From the IMG/VR virus record IMGVR_UViG_3300027969_004220, positions 1 to 64,000 of that record: a stretch of DNA of 64,000 nt; one strand, given 5' to 3'. Below are positions 1-11,854 of the stretch, in pieces (position 1 is the stretch's first letter; every line of letters begins with the position of its first letter). The position numbers and the translations under genes were made by a program. The notes under the pieces are model-generated. The model saw only the letters and a list, made by a program, of their open reading frames with translations, searched no databases and was not told where the DNA came from. This DNA is from a virus. Taxonomy: Duplodnaviria; Caudoviricetes.

Positions 1-207
1 CACATTACCTACTTGTGGTATTTCTAATTTAATAGAGTTATAAAGAGCATCTAAGTCTTTATCACTCATATTCTTACCCTTTCTGTAACTTTTTTCTTCA
101 AATAAAAGTTCAAAATCTGGGTTTCCTACTTCTGGGTTTAAAATTTCGTTTGTCATAATTTTTTTTTAGTGTTTAAGTTTTAGTGTGAATTATTAAAAAG
201 TTTTAAA

Positions 208-573
208 TTATTTAATTCTTTTTATAGATTTCTTTAACATATAGTCTCTAAGCTTTGCTGCTTCTTCAAACTTTTCATTTTTAATAAGCTCATCCATTTT
301 ATCATTTACTTCTTTAGTAACTTCTTCTAAAGTTTTATTACCTATTTTTACCGGATCTAAAATAGAATTGTAAAAATCATCCATTTCAGAAATACTAGTT
401 AGATAAACATCCTGATTTTTAGGATTATTTAGTTTAGCACTTTTTGCTATTTTATTTAAGAATGGTTTATTTAGAGCAGAGTTTTCGATCAGATATTTTG
501 CTAGATGATAAGGTCTATTCTTAAACATCTTTAAAAAGTTTGCTAAAATTTCATTTAATTCCTCGTTATTCAT
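208..573 (-). CDS. Hypothetical protein with C-terminal UVR (UvrB/UvrC-type) motif
   Basis: C-terminal EKFEEAAKLRD matches the UVR coiled-coil motif. Confidence 0.55.
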   Translation of the reverse strand: MNNEELNEILANFLKMFKNRPYHLAKYLIENSALNKPFLNKIAKSAKLNNPKNQDVYLTSISEMDDFYNSILDPVKIGNKTLEEVTKEVNDKMDELIKNEKFEEAAKLRDYMLKKSIKRIK

Positions 574-605
574 ACTACATATTATAAATAATTAAATGAT
601 AAGGT

Positions 606-1304
606 TTATATTTTTTCAAATAAAATATCGAAGTAATAGTCAAATTTATAAGAAGAACTTGGTTTTTCTTGATTAAACATTATTTTAATTGAGGACTGAT
701 CAAACTCTGTTTCAGTTTGAATCTTAATTACTTTATAAGTAGGATCTATTATATTAGTTGACCAACTATTGTTATACCTAAGTAAGTTTTGATTTCTTAA
801 ATCTTGGTATCTTACATAAAGTTCAACACCTTTATACTTATATCTATCTAAAACATTTGAACGTATATAACTTGTTGCTGCAACATTTACATCATTAAAC
901 ATTGTCATATCATTTCTAATACCCTCAAAAGTTCTATATTTTTTAAGTGTCGCAAATAAGTAATTAGTAAGTATTGTTTTTAGATCAATAGTTAGTATCC
1001 ATCTAGTATTATTATCTAATTGATATTTTGGTTGTGTAGTATCAATAACTAAAGTATGATTTTTAAATTTATCACCTGTGTTACTACCAGGTGAATAAAT
1101 ATATGAATCTAATGATGTTTCAGTTGAAATATCTAATTGTTCTCCACTTGTTCTTTGATAGTAGATAATATCTTGATTATCTATACTTATGGTATCTTCT
1201 ACCTCAAGCATTTTCGCACCAAAGAATGTACTTTCTTCAACCATGTTTAGTGTTCCATAAACTGCTCTATTTTGATATTCTGGTGATATATAACTTCTTC
1301 TCAT
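606..1304 (-). CDS. Hypothetical phage protein, probably structural
   Basis: 232-aa ORF tightly coupled to the large minus-strand genes. Confidence 0.5.
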   Translation of the reverse strand: MRRSYISPEYQNRAVYGTLNMVEESTFFGAKMLEVEDTISIDNQDIIYYQRTSGEQLDISTETSLDSYIYSPGSNTGDKFKNHTLVIDTTQPKYQLDNNTRWILTIDLKTILTNYLFATLKKYRTFEGIRNDMTMFNDVNVAATSYIRSNVLDRYKYKGVELYVRYQDLRNQNLLRYNNSWSTNIIDPTYKVIKIQTETEFDQSSIKIMFNQEKPSSSYKFDYYFDILFEKI

Positions 1305-1305
1305 T

Positions 1306-4300
1306 TTAATTATCTTGTGTTTTTCCTATATAAGATGGTATTACAATTGGGGTTACTATATCAAATGTATTTATTACATTTTCATCACTAGTATATTTTT
1401 GTAAATAATCTTTATTTTTACTAACCGAAACCGTTTCTAAATAATACTTCAAATCCCAAGTTGATGAGAATATAAAAAAGTCATAGATAGAATATCCAAA
1501 TTCGTCTAACATAGGATATATTGATTTTTCGTCATTTACATTACCCAATCTTAGTATGTTTCCTTTTCTATTTACTTTTCTAATTTTTCTTTCTTTCATT
1601 AGACCAAAATCATTTAATAAAGTATCAAATTTATAATTACCACCAGATGGTATTCCATTAGAATCTCTTTCAAATAGTTGTAAATCATAGAATACTGGAC
1701 TATAATATCCACTATATCTATGAATTTCATTTTTTATAATATTTGCATTACCATGATAGTTTTCAAACACTTTAGCAGGATATTGATTTTCGATAATATT
1801 TGCGGCAACTGGAATATTATTATAATAATTTAGTTGTGTTATATCTACTATTCTTCCTGAGTCCAATTTTCTAATTGGATTTAGTGTATTTGGAAGTTCA
1901 ACTGCTCTTTTAAATAATGAATTTACTTTAATATCTAATTTATCAGGTTCTTCACATCTTAATAAATATGGTAGGTCTTTAATATTACCACCATCAACAT
2001 CTGAATAACTATAATTTTTTATATTATTATTCTCATCAATAACAACATATGATATGTAGTTACTAAATCCATATTTATTACTAATATCATTGATTGCATT
2101 TATAAAATTGGCAGCAGCTAGCTTTTGATTTATATCATTATATAAACTATCTCTATTTGAGTTAGATATATTTGGTGTTGTACCATCACTTATATTTATA
2201 TTTACTAATATATTTTTCCACTTTTTATTTATATAAATAATAATACCATTATTAAGATTAGTAGTAGTTTTTTTCCCACCACCTACTAAGATATTATATT
2301 TATTATTAAATTTTACTATTGAATTTGTTCCAGTTATTGAGTTAAATGACTTTGCGTCATTTCTAAACCAGTAACCTTTTGACTTAACTGGTTCAGTACC
2401 AACTGAGGGAAGATTAGAATCAGGTATATCATCTGAATTTGATGTATAAAGCTTATATACACTTTCATTATAAACAACATTATCATTCCAATAATACTGT
2501 TTTGTTGGACTCCATGATTCTATTATTTTCCATTTTGGATTTAAAGTAGTAGAATATGTTACCATCCAAGTATTCATTGTTGGGTTTAAATAATTATTAT
2601 CAATCAGTGATACATAGTAATTATTTTTATAAATAACTATTGACGCAGTACTATAACCCATTGTAATAGACTTACTAGGATTCCAAAAGTCAATTGTACT
2701 AGATTGTGATGCACAAAAGTAATATTCACCAGAATTATATACAATTGATGGTTTATTAGGTTCTTGAGGTTTATAACCAAGTGGCAAAATCTCTCCATCT
2801 GACACAGTTGGTCCTACTAATGATGTGTAATTATTATAGTTAGGTGACCAAAAAACAGAAAACTCATTACTGGTATAAGTAGTCCATCTTTGTGTATATG
2901 GTGCGGATGGTATTGTAACACCATATGTTGCAAATATTGGATTATTAGTAGTACTTGAAGAATATCTATAATATAGAATATCATCATTTATAACCTTTGT
3001 AGCATCTGCCCAAGCAGTACCAGAAACTCGATATGTTTTATCCATTTTCCACTCATCTATAACAGACCATACAAGATTATTAGTTGAATCTACAAGTCCT
3101 GTTATCTTACTACTATCTATAGTATCAAATATTGGAGAACTATTATTCTCAGATAGTAAAACTGAGAATTTATAATCATCAAATATGTTAGATGCCTTTA
3201 TATTGATTTTATCAATTTGATTATTTGTATTGATTGTAATACTACTAACCTCATAAATATCAAATTTTATACCTCTAAATAAAGTATGATTTGGTACAGA
3301 CTCATCACCTACATTAAAATAAGAATACTTATTAGAATTTTCCTTAATCTTACCATTAAAAAATTTATTAGATTTACTAAATAAATATGTAAAATAATCA
3401 TATGGATATGGTGATGTTGATTGTGTAGTTGATGTAATACTATCAAAATATGAATAAGTAAAGTTTAAATACTTATTTAACTCAAACTTAAATGTAGTAT
3501 CTATATTGTTATTATTATCTACATTTTCTATATGTAAGCTATGATAAACATATGATGATGTTGCCGAGTTTATTGTGTAGAAGTAATCTAAATTTCTTTC
3601 AGATCTTGTAGGAAATGGTTCATAAACATTAGTAGTTCTATTAAAATCCTCAAAGATTAAAGAGTTATTTAATGTGTATGGTAGATCACTCGCAGATAGT
3701 GATTTATGAAATCCCCATTTACAATAAACCGGATTTTTTCTCCATATCTCAGATAAATCATTACCATCAATTTTGAATGTTTCATAGTTAGCAGTATATT
3801 CAGAAGATGTTGGTATATTAATAATTCTATTTTGATAACTAAAGTCATCTAAATTTACAGGATCTGTCAAACTTCTTATATCTTCTAAATACATTTTTGT
3901 CTCATCTGTAGTAGTAATATTTGTAGATTCTTCATATTCATATTTAGAATAACCAGTATCAACAATTCTTGTATCAAAATCTTTTATATCACAAAAATTA
4001 AGCTTATAAATTGAAAACTTTTTAGGTGCATTATTAAAATCAACTACAGTACTAACTTTTTTTGATTCTCCACGAACTTTATATATGAAATCATTTTGGT
4101 TAAAAATAAAAGAGTAGTCTGTACTAAGCATTATAGAATTATCTATACTAACTAAGTTGTGGTATAAACCATCAATTTCAATTATCCAAACATCTGCACT
4201 ATCAAAACCCGCTATCTGAAAATCTTTTACTGCACTACCATCACTAGTAATTAGTTTATTAGTAGGATCTATTTCAGCATAGTTCTGATTAAAACTTGAC

Positions 4301-5580
4301 GCAGTTAAACCGGTCAAATTTAAGTTAGTTATTATTTTATATTTAGTAACAATAACATCACCAAAATCCTCTACAGCTGATTTAGAATTTGTAGTAACTG
4401 ATTTTTTAATAACACTTGCATTTTTATTAAATTTTGATGAGCTAAATCCTAAGTCTTTAGACATTCTACTTTCCGTATTAGTAAATGTATTAGGAATTTT
4501 AACCAATTGATCTGAAACAGTTTCAGTAAATTGTTCTACTTTATAGTAGTTTCCATCATACTCTACATAAAATGGTCTTTTATTCGACCACTCTTGAAGA
4601 AACGGATTTTCATTACTTGGTGAGTAAATTATATTTGATACCGAACTTGTAGAACCGCCAATCGTCACACCATTATTCTGAATAATAATATCACTTCTTA
4701 AAGGTATTGATAAATATGGTGAAACAGTTTTAACTAATTCCAAATCGTTTAAATAAAATCCATAATATCTATTTATAGACCATTTTCTTTTAATATCCGG
4801 AGTTGATGGAGTATCATCAAATAAAAATGAAAAATTTATTATATTGGGGAAAACAACCTTATTATTTTTATAAGAGTCAAATACAAACTTTTCAAGTTCA
4901 AATATTTCTTTTTCCTCATCTAATATATCATCAATAAATAAAGATTTATATGTGTATCCACCATTCTGATAATCTATACCATTCCATCTACAAAATTCCA
5001 AATTTCTAAAGTCTATATCTAATGGTGAATCCGGAAAGTATTTATTATCTGTAAAATTCTTTCCTAACCACTCACCTAATACACTTTGTTTACTTAAATC
5101 AAATACTTTAACTGTCTTTAGTTTCTTAATTATTTCAATATTAAAATTATTTCTATCTGTAGTTCCAATGCCAGAACCATCAACTCTAAAAATAATAAAG
5201 TTTTTCGGTAAACCATTTTTAGTAATGTATAAAGGAGCAAAATATTCATACTCTTCACTATAGTTTTTATTATTAACTATATTACGTGCACCATAACTAT
5301 ATAATTCATCATATTGATTTCTGAAATCATTTGACATTGTATCAACATCATTCTCATATTTAATTGAGAATGCAGTATCTGCTGGTAAATTTTTGTAGAA
5401 GTATGGAATCAACTCATCATAGTAATTATCTTTAGTGAAACTAACTTTCTTAAATTTGTCAAAAGATAAATTAGGGTCAGACTCAATACTATCTAAACTA
5501 AATTTATAGTTAGTATCAATCGTAACCTTAATATTTGTTGTCAATCCAACATTTGTTCTTAATAAACCAAAACTTTTCAA
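1306..5580 (-). CDS. Large putative virion structural protein (baseplate/tail-associated)
   Basis: 1424-aa N/S/T/Y-rich ORF with a TTG start, in an operon downstream of a TAATATATA motif. Confidence 0.5.
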   Translation of the reverse strand: MKSFGLLRTNVGLTTNIKVTIDTNYKFSLDSIESDPNLSFDKFKKVSFTKDNYYDELIPYFYKNLPADTAFSIKYENDVDTMSNDFRNQYDELYSYGARNIVNNKNYSEEYEYFAPLYITKNGLPKNFIIFRVDGSGIGTTDRNNFNIEIIKKLKTVKVFDLSKQSVLGEWLGKNFTDNKYFPDSPLDIDFRNLEFCRWNGIDYQNGGYTYKSLFIDDILDEEKEIFELEKFVFDSYKNNKVVFPNIINFSFLFDDTPSTPDIKRKWSINRYYGFYLNDLELVKTVSPYLSIPLRSDIIIQNNGVTIGGSTSSVSNIIYSPSNENPFLQEWSNKRPFYVEYDGNYYKVEQFTETVSDQLVKIPNTFTNTESRMSKDLGFSSSKFNKNASVIKKSVTTNSKSAVEDFGDVIVTKYKIITNLNLTGLTASSFNQNYAEIDPTNKLITSDGSAVKDFQIAGFDSADVWIIEIDGLYHNLVSIDNSIMLSTDYSFIFNQNDFIYKVRGESKKVSTVVDFNNAPKKFSIYKLNFCDIKDFDTRIVDTGYSKYEYEESTNITTTDETKMYLEDIRSLTDPVNLDDFSYQNRIINIPTSSEYTANYETFKIDGNDLSEIWRKNPVYCKWGFHKSLSASDLPYTLNNSLIFEDFNRTTNVYEPFPTRSERNLDYFYTINSATSSYVYHSLHIENVDNNNNIDTTFKFELNKYLNFTYSYFDSITSTTQSTSPYPYDYFTYLFSKSNKFFNGKIKENSNKYSYFNVGDESVPNHTLFRGIKFDIYEVSSITINTNNQIDKINIKASNIFDDYKFSVLLSENNSSPIFDTIDSSKITGLVDSTNNLVWSVIDEWKMDKTYRVSGTAWADATKVINDDILYYRYSSSTTNNPIFATYGVTIPSAPYTQRWTTYTSNEFSVFWSPNYNNYTSLVGPTVSDGEILPLGYKPQEPNKPSIVYNSGEYYFCASQSSTIDFWNPSKSITMGYSTASIVIYKNNYYVSLIDNNYLNPTMNTWMVTYSTTLNPKWKIIESWSPTKQYYWNDNVVYNESVYKLYTSNSDDIPDSNLPSVGTEPVKSKGYWFRNDAKSFNSITGTNSIVKFNNKYNILVGGGKKTTTNLNNGIIIYINKKWKNILVNINISDGTTPNISNSNRDSLYNDINQKLAAANFINAINDISNKYGFSNYISYVVIDENNNIKNYSYSDVDGGNIKDLPYLLRCEEPDKLDIKVNSLFKRAVELPNTLNPIRKLDSGRIVDITQLNYYNNIPVAANIIENQYPAKVFENYHGNANIIKNEIHRYSGYYSPVFYDLQLFERDSNGIPSGGNYKFDTLLNDFGLMKERKIRKVNRKGNILRLGNVNDEKSIYPMLDEFGYSIYDFFIFSSTWDLKYYLETVSVSKNKDYLQKYTSDENVINTFDIVTPIVIPSYIGKTQDN

Positions 5581-5589
5581 TTTAAACTA

Positions 5590-8500
5590 TTATTTTTTAC
5601 TTGATGTTGACCAATCATCTATATATGCTGGACTACCACCAGTTGAGTTGAACTTTCTTACAATAACTTTATTTCTATTTAGATTAAATTTTAAAGTAAA
5701 TATAAACGGTCTATTCTCTGCCTCATTTTCTAAGAAAAATTTAATTTTCTTAACATGTTTTACAGTTCTTGTTGAATTATTAAGATCAATATATTGATAA
5801 TTTAATCCAGTTTGACTATTATCTAATGAATTAAGTTTGAAATAAATATTTAATGGAACTATAATAGAGCTTTTATCACCAACATTTACAGTCTTAACCT
5901 TATCACTATTGTTTTCTTGTATGTTTTCTAAACTTTTAACCACTGGATGTATAGTTGTTAAGAACTTAGTTGTCGATGCAATTGAAACAGTCACATCATT
6001 CCATTTTGATGGATCTAATAAAGATTTATTATTACCAATAAATTTTAATATACCTGACTCATTATAACCAACATTATAATCACTGGTAGCAAGTACATTT
6101 GTTATAGAGTTTGAATTTACCGTAGTAGCATCAAATGTATTACCTATGTTTTCGGATAATTTTGCCACAGTATTCTGTGTAATAGAGTCATAGTTCATTT
6201 GCCAAATAAATTGGTTATCTAAGTGAGTTCTTGTTTGACTAGTTTCAATAACATCATTTGTCAATAACTCATCTTGACTATTTACCCAAAAACTTTGAGG
6301 TGCTTGTGTATTATATACTGCACTACTTTGTAAATATGTTCTATTAGATAGCAAACCTAATAGTGATTCTTTTGCATTATTTTTAATTTTCATAACAAAA
6401 TCTTTAATAACATAAATATTGTTTTCATAAACTCTACCAGTTGGTGCACCCTGTCCATTGAATAAAGTTAAATAATCTTCACACTCAACATTAAATGTTG
6501 TTTCAGAACCATTATTTACTATAAACTCTTGATTATTTCTAAGAATGATAATCTGAAGTTCACCTTTAGCTCTTGTAATTTTCTCTTCTAATGAAGCAAT
6601 TCTATCAGATAACTTTTGTATATACGAATATAAGTCCAAAGAAACTCCATTCTCATCCTGGAAGCCAGATAGAATCTTTTTTGCTTCGTGATGGAATGTA
6701 ACGTTATTTACAGTTACCGTGTCTGCTAAGTGATTATCTAATCCTTTTGCAGATAGCTCTGAATTCATACTTATTTTTAAGTCTTCTTTAGTCGCTGCAG
6801 TTAAGATAAAATCGTTTTCATTAGCAATTGTGTTTAGATCATCCGGAAAATCAATTGTAATAATTTCAGACCAATCAGATTCAACTGATGATTCTGGCCA
6901 ACCAACTTCTGAGATGGATTTTATTCTAATATCAACTCTTTCATTAGATTGAATTGGAATATCTATTTGATTAATATTTGGTGTATCTGCATTAGTAACA
7001 TCTTCAATTGCCCAAGTATATTCACCAGTTGATGTATTATACTCTCTTTTTCTTGCATCAGTTTTGAATTCTGTCCAGTTAGAAAAAGAAGCTTTACTTT
7101 GAGAATCTGTAATTGTAAAGGTATCTACCGGTGCTTCTCTACCGTCTTTACTGGTATATCTATACTGAACTCTAAATTGTACAATCTCTTGTGGCTTAGT
7201 ACCAGTAGTAACTACGGCATTTGGAATCGGCCAGAATCCTCTTACACTAAATTTAGGAGTAACTTTATTTTTTGGATCTTTAGATAAGTCAATTACTTCT
7301 TGAGTAACAGATGCAAGTAATTTACTTTTACTATCTTTTTTATTTGTTAGTTCTTCAACTTCTAAATCTGCTTGTTTTTTTGCAGAGTCTGATTTAAACT
7401 TAGTAAATTTTGCAGTTTTATTTCTTGATAGAATAGCTTCTTGTAATTGCTGTATCTCTGATTTTAAAGATAACTGATAATTATGTTTCTGTTTAACTAA
7501 GTTAGAATCTGGAGTATCTGTAAGGTGTTTATTGATTTGAACTACCTTAAAGTTATCTAATGCCAATGTTGGTGAACCAGGTGTCCCTGCTAAAGAGTTT
7601 GGTGTTTTCTTTGCAACCAAATCTTGTAAAACAACACCATAATCATAAACATAATCAATATAGAATTGTTCCATTGATAATCCATTTGCACTAGAGTCAG
7701 AAGTAAGTCTCAAGTCATTTGTATAATAACCCGTACCTAAACTCCATTTTTTTGCAACTAAATTATTATCGGCATTTACTGGTTTAACAAAAAGAACATT
7801 TCTTTCATTATATCCAACACTTACTCTAACCTTCTTAGTGTAAATAACAGATGAATAAACTTTTAAAGTTCCAATTCCAACCGGAATTGGTTCAATACCT
7901 TCAAGTCTCTCTACTCTAATTCTTGGATTAGATTCTGCCGTTGAAACTTCTAATATTTTATATCTTGTTGATGTTTTTTCTGAATTTATAATAACTTCAT
8001 CTCCAATAGATAATTTCCTAGTTGAATTTGCATCAACTACTAAATAGTCTAATGTATCTAAAACATACCAAAGTTTTCTATTTAATCTATCTTCTTGTAT
8101 TCTTAAAACACTAAATTGACCATCATATAATAAATTGTTAGGTTCCAAATCGAACATTTGTTCATCATACTTAGGATTAGTCGGATTTAATAACCCAGTA
8201 GTTGTAGTATACCAGTTTTCAAATTCTGATATAATAATATTAGGGTTTCCTCTAAATAATTGATTATAACTATTTAACGCTGACTGACCTAGTGTAGTAA
8301 AAGAACCATCTGCATTTTTTGCAAATTCAACAATATATCTTCTTATCAAACATTTTCTAACATTATCTTCAATTTTACCTGATAAATCAAGTTCTACTGA
8401 GACCATAGGGTCCATAAGGGAATCAAAAAACCAATTAGGTGCAGATTTAAAGGTACTTAAAGCACCTAAGCTTCCAATTGGAGTAGGATCTCTATTCAAA

Positions 8501-8796
8501 TCAACTGTAATAATCTTTTTGTATTTATTTTGTGATGATGTTTGAATTAAAGCACCTGCTGCATCAATACTATAAAGTGAATTAATATTATTATTTAATC
8601 TATCAATATCTGCTTTTAATGATGTAAAAGAAGGTAATGTAAAATTTCTCAATACACCATTCTCATCATATACTTGAAGAGTAACAGAAGAGTCTGTTGT
8701 TGTTGTTAGAGAATTGATTTTAGATAAAATCTCAACAATATTTTTATTATACGTTATTATTTGATCCGCTACTTTTGGAAATGAACTTTGAACCAT
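5590..8796 (-). CDS. Large putative virion structural protein with coiled-coil segments
   Basis: 1068-aa ORF; coiled coils such as LKSEIQQLQEAIL and IQKLSDRIASLEEKI. Confidence 0.5.
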   Translation of the reverse strand: MVQSSFPKVADQIITYNKNIVEILSKINSLTTTTDSSVTLQVYDENGVLRNFTLPSFTSLKADIDRLNNNINSLYSIDAAGALIQTSSQNKYKKIITVDLNRDPTPIGSLGALSTFKSAPNWFFDSLMDPMVSVELDLSGKIEDNVRKCLIRRYIVEFAKNADGSFTTLGQSALNSYNQLFRGNPNIIISEFENWYTTTTGLLNPTNPKYDEQMFDLEPNNLLYDGQFSVLRIQEDRLNRKLWYVLDTLDYLVVDANSTRKLSIGDEVIINSEKTSTRYKILEVSTAESNPRIRVERLEGIEPIPVGIGTLKVYSSVIYTKKVRVSVGYNERNVLFVKPVNADNNLVAKKWSLGTGYYTNDLRLTSDSSANGLSMEQFYIDYVYDYGVVLQDLVAKKTPNSLAGTPGSPTLALDNFKVVQINKHLTDTPDSNLVKQKHNYQLSLKSEIQQLQEAILSRNKTAKFTKFKSDSAKKQADLEVEELTNKKDSKSKLLASVTQEVIDLSKDPKNKVTPKFSVRGFWPIPNAVVTTGTKPQEIVQFRVQYRYTSKDGREAPVDTFTITDSQSKASFSNWTEFKTDARKREYNTSTGEYTWAIEDVTNADTPNINQIDIPIQSNERVDIRIKSISEVGWPESSVESDWSEIITIDFPDDLNTIANENDFILTAATKEDLKISMNSELSAKGLDNHLADTVTVNNVTFHHEAKKILSGFQDENGVSLDLYSYIQKLSDRIASLEEKITRAKGELQIIILRNNQEFIVNNGSETTFNVECEDYLTLFNGQGAPTGRVYENNIYVIKDFVMKIKNNAKESLLGLLSNRTYLQSSAVYNTQAPQSFWVNSQDELLTNDVIETSQTRTHLDNQFIWQMNYDSITQNTVAKLSENIGNTFDATTVNSNSITNVLATSDYNVGYNESGILKFIGNNKSLLDPSKWNDVTVSIASTTKFLTTIHPVVKSLENIQENNSDKVKTVNVGDKSSIIVPLNIYFKLNSLDNSQTGLNYQYIDLNNSTRTVKHVKKIKFFLENEAENRPFIFTLKFNLNRNKVIVRKFNSTGGSPAYIDDWSTSSKK

Positions 8797-8854
8797 TTTA
8801 TGATTTTTGATTTTTTAGTATATATTAAATTTTGTTTATTCTTTAAGTTTTATT

Positions 8855-9106
8855 TTGTATATTTGTTACATGAAGATATATGATGTAACATTTAATGATG
8901 GTGGTTGGCACAGCGGTCCACTACCAAGTTTTCAGATAGTAGCAGAAAACAAAGAACAAGCAATTGAAAAAGTTTTGGAGAAACATCCAAGATATAAAAC
9001 AGGTTATGACAAATGGGTAACTGAATTCAAAATAGAAGGATATGTTATCGAAGTTTATGATGAAAAATCATATAACAGAGATAAAAATTTGGAAAAACTA
9101 ATATAA
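8855..9106 (+). CDS. Small hypothetical protein with C-terminal RD-motif (likely ATG start at 8870)
   Basis: ORF ends NRDKNLEKLI; TATATTTG promoter element just upstream of the ATG. Confidence 0.6.
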   Translation: MYICYMKIYDVTFNDGGWHSGPLPSFQIVAENKEQAIEKVLEKHPRYKTGYDKWVTEFKIEGYVIEVYDEKSYNRDKNLEKLI

Positions 9107-9135
9107 CTTCGTATATTTGTAGAAATATAATAATT

Positions 9136-10971
9136 ATGATAGATAAAATAGTAGCAAAATTAGAAGAAGCAAATGTGGCTTATAGAACTGGTAATGAAAT
9201 TATGTCTGATAAAGAGTATGATTCATTACTTGAATTGTTATATTCATATGACCCAGAAAATGAAATATTTTCTAAAGTAGGTATTGAAATTCTTGACGAA
9301 ACAAGAAAATCAAAGCTACCTATTGATATGGCTTCTATGAATAAAATTAAAACCATTGAAGATATACGTACATGGTTAAGATTAAAAGGTATCAATCCGA
9401 ATACTGAAATCGTATGTACTCCAAAATATGACGGACTTTCTTTATGTCATGACGAAATCAATACAAACACCTGGACTAGAGGTGATGGCGAATTCGGCCA
9501 GAAGTCAGATGAACACTACAAACTAATACAAAATCACCTATCTTTAAAAAGTGATGTATTCACATATACTTATGGTGAGGTTATAATGCCTAAAAAAGTT
9601 TTCTTAGATAAATACTCCGCAGAGTTTGCCAATCCAAGAAACTTAGTTGCAGGTTTACTTAACTCAAAAGAAGTAACAGAGCCACTAAAAGACTTACAAT
9701 TTATTAAATATGGTGCAATACCAAATGAAGGATTTAACTTTAAAACCAAGTCAGACATATTAGATATGTTAAACTCTGGTCAAGAAGTTAAAGTAAACTA
9801 TCATTTATTCATTGCAAAAGATATTACCGAAGACCTTTTAGTAGAATTATTTAAAAGATGGTCTACTGATTATGAAATCGATGGTATAATTCTTGAAGTA
9901 AATGATCTTAATCTACAAGAAAGTTTAGGTCGTGAGACTTCTTCTAATAATCCTTGTTACGCAAGAGCATTTAAACACGATAGTTTTGAACAAAAATCAG
10001 AAGCGACAGTATTAGGTATTTCATGGAATATCTCTAAACACGGTCTCTTAAAACCTGTATTACATATTACTCCAATTAAATTAGATGGTGTTACTGTTTC
10101 TAACGTAACTGGTAACAATGCTAAATTCGTAAAAGATATGGGTTTAGGAATTGGTGCGAAAGTTGTAGTTAAAAGAAGTGGTATGGTTATTCCTCTAATC
10201 GTAGAAGTATTAGAAACTGTTGATTTTGTTATGCCAGTTGTTGAAGGTACTGAAATCGACTGGAATGAAAATGGTATTGAATTGATTACTTTAAGTGAAA
10301 CCGACGATCAAAAGTTAAAACAGAATGTTGCTTTCTTTGAAATATTAGAAGCAGACAATGTGTCAGAAGGTATTATCACTCAACTATGGGATGCTGGTTA
10401 TCAAACTATCGAGGACATTTTAAATGTTACTCCTACTCAATTAGAAAATATTGACAGATTTGGTAAAAGAAAAGCTCAGATTGTTTATAACTCAATTAAA
10501 AAGTCAGTTACTGATGTACAATTATCTAAACTTCAACATGCCACTGGTTTGTTTAGAGGATTAGGTAGCAAGAAGTTAGCTTTATTAGAACACTTCACAA
10601 CTAAACCTACAGTCAATCAAGTTATGGAGATTGAAGGATTTGCCGAAATTTCTGCAAAAGTTTTTGTGGATAACTATGATAATTTCTTTACTTTTGTAGG
10701 AAATCTTCCTATAACGATTGCTAAAAAGGTAGAATCAGTAAAAGTTGGTACAGACTTAGATGGTAAATCATTTGTATTCACAGGAGTTCGTAGAAAAGAT
10801 TTAGAAGAAGTAATTGAGTCACGTGGTGGTAAAGTTTCTGGTTCTGTATCTAAAACTACAACATATTTAGTAATGAAATCAAAAGGTTCGGGTTCAAGTA
10901 AAGAAACTAAAGCAGTTTCACTTGGAGTAGTAATTTTGACAGTAGAAGAATTAGAAAACTTATTATCATAA
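9136..10971 (+). CDS. ligA: NAD+-dependent DNA ligase
   Basis: KYDG adenylation motif, TRGDG, NPRN, DGIILEV, OB/HhH region and C-terminal BRCT (GKSFVFTG...GSVSKTT). Confidence 0.95.
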   Translation: MIDKIVAKLEEANVAYRTGNEIMSDKEYDSLLELLYSYDPENEIFSKVGIEILDETRKSKLPIDMASMNKIKTIEDIRTWLRLKGINPNTEIVCTPKYDGLSLCHDEINTNTWTRGDGEFGQKSDEHYKLIQNHLSLKSDVFTYTYGEVIMPKKVFLDKYSAEFANPRNLVAGLLNSKEVTEPLKDLQFIKYGAIPNEGFNFKTKSDILDMLNSGQEVKVNYHLFIAKDITEDLLVELFKRWSTDYEIDGIILEVNDLNLQESLGRETSSNNPCYARAFKHDSFEQKSEATVLGISWNISKHGLLKPVLHITPIKLDGVTVSNVTGNNAKFVKDMGLGIGAKVVVKRSGMVIPLIVEVLETVDFVMPVVEGTEIDWNENGIELITLSETDDQKLKQNVAFFEILEADNVSEGIITQLWDAGYQTIEDILNVTPTQLENIDRFGKRKAQIVYNSIKKSVTDVQLSKLQHATGLFRGLGSKKLALLEHFTTKPTVNQVMEIEGFAEISAKVFVDNYDNFFTFVGNLPITIAKKVESVKVGTDLDGKSFVFTGVRRKDLEEVIESRGGKVSGSVSKTTTYLVMKSKGSGSSKETKAVSLGVVILTVEELENLLS

Positions 10972-11279
10972 TGAAAGGAGATATAACAGAAGTAATTATC
11001 GAAAGATTAGAGAAACTTCAAAAAGATATATTAGATTTACAAGATTTTGCAATTAGATCAAAGAACTTTAGTTCTAATATAGAAGCGGGTGTTTTCAAAA
11101 ATGTGGAAGAGGGTATCATTAAGAATCTTCATAAGGCAAATAGAGGACAATTATTCACTATTCTAAACAATTATAAATTTCGTTATTACTACGAGTTTAA
11201 CAAAGATAAAAGTTTGATTATAAAAGAGTTAAGAGATAATAGATTAAAAGATATATTAAATGGCGAAGAAGAGAAATAA
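10971..11279 (+). CDS. Hypothetical protein with C-terminal RD-motif
   Basis: Coupled ORF ending LRDNRLKDILNG. Confidence 0.6.
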   Translation: MKGDITEVIIERLEKLQKDILDLQDFAIRSKNFSSNIEAGVFKNVEEGIIKNLHKANRGQLFTILNNYKFRYYYEFNKDKSLIIKELRDNRLKDILNGEEEK

Positions 11280-11853
11280 AATATTTGTATTAGGTGATTC
11301 TGTTTATAGATCAGAAAAAACCTTTTTGAATAACATAAAAAGAATAATTTCAAGACAAGATTTTGAAAACAGTTATGCAGCAAGAATGACTTATCAAATT
11401 TTTGAAGTTAGTGAGTCTGGCACACTTGTTGATTATAAAACAAGAGTAGATCAAGTTAAAGTTAGTAATGAAAGAGATCTTCAATTGAAGTCCTTATTGG
11501 ACCAATTAGATCCAATGGATAATGCGGTATTGACAATCATCAATATGTATCCTACATTAGAAACTGATAATAAAAGAAGAGGAAATATTTTACATGGATT
11601 AAACAATATAAAATTTGAGATTGATAATTTCAAAAAATATATTATTGATAACAAAGCTTATTTTTTAAATCTATCTACTGATTTAGAGTGGTTGAAAGCA
11701 ATTTTAACTATTCACAATTTTAGAGACTGTAGTTCTCATAGATACTATGATTACTCTCAAAGAAAATATGTAACTACACAATCTAGTGATGAATTACTTG
11801 CGACATTTAGACAAGCAAAACTAGAATTAAGAAAAAAACGTAAAACAAAATAA
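11260..11853 (+). CDS. Hypothetical protein
   Basis: 197-aa ORF in operon; internal ERDLQLKSLL. Confidence 0.6.
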   Translation: MAKKRNKIFVLGDSVYRSEKTFLNNIKRIISRQDFENSYAARMTYQIFEVSESGTLVDYKTRVDQVKVSNERDLQLKSLLDQLDPMDNAVLTIINMYPTLETDNKRRGNILHGLNNIKFEIDNFKKYIIDNKAYFLNLSTDLEWLKAILTIHNFRDCSSHRYYDYSQRKYVTTQSSDELLATFRQAKLELRKKRKTK

Positions 11854-11854
11854 T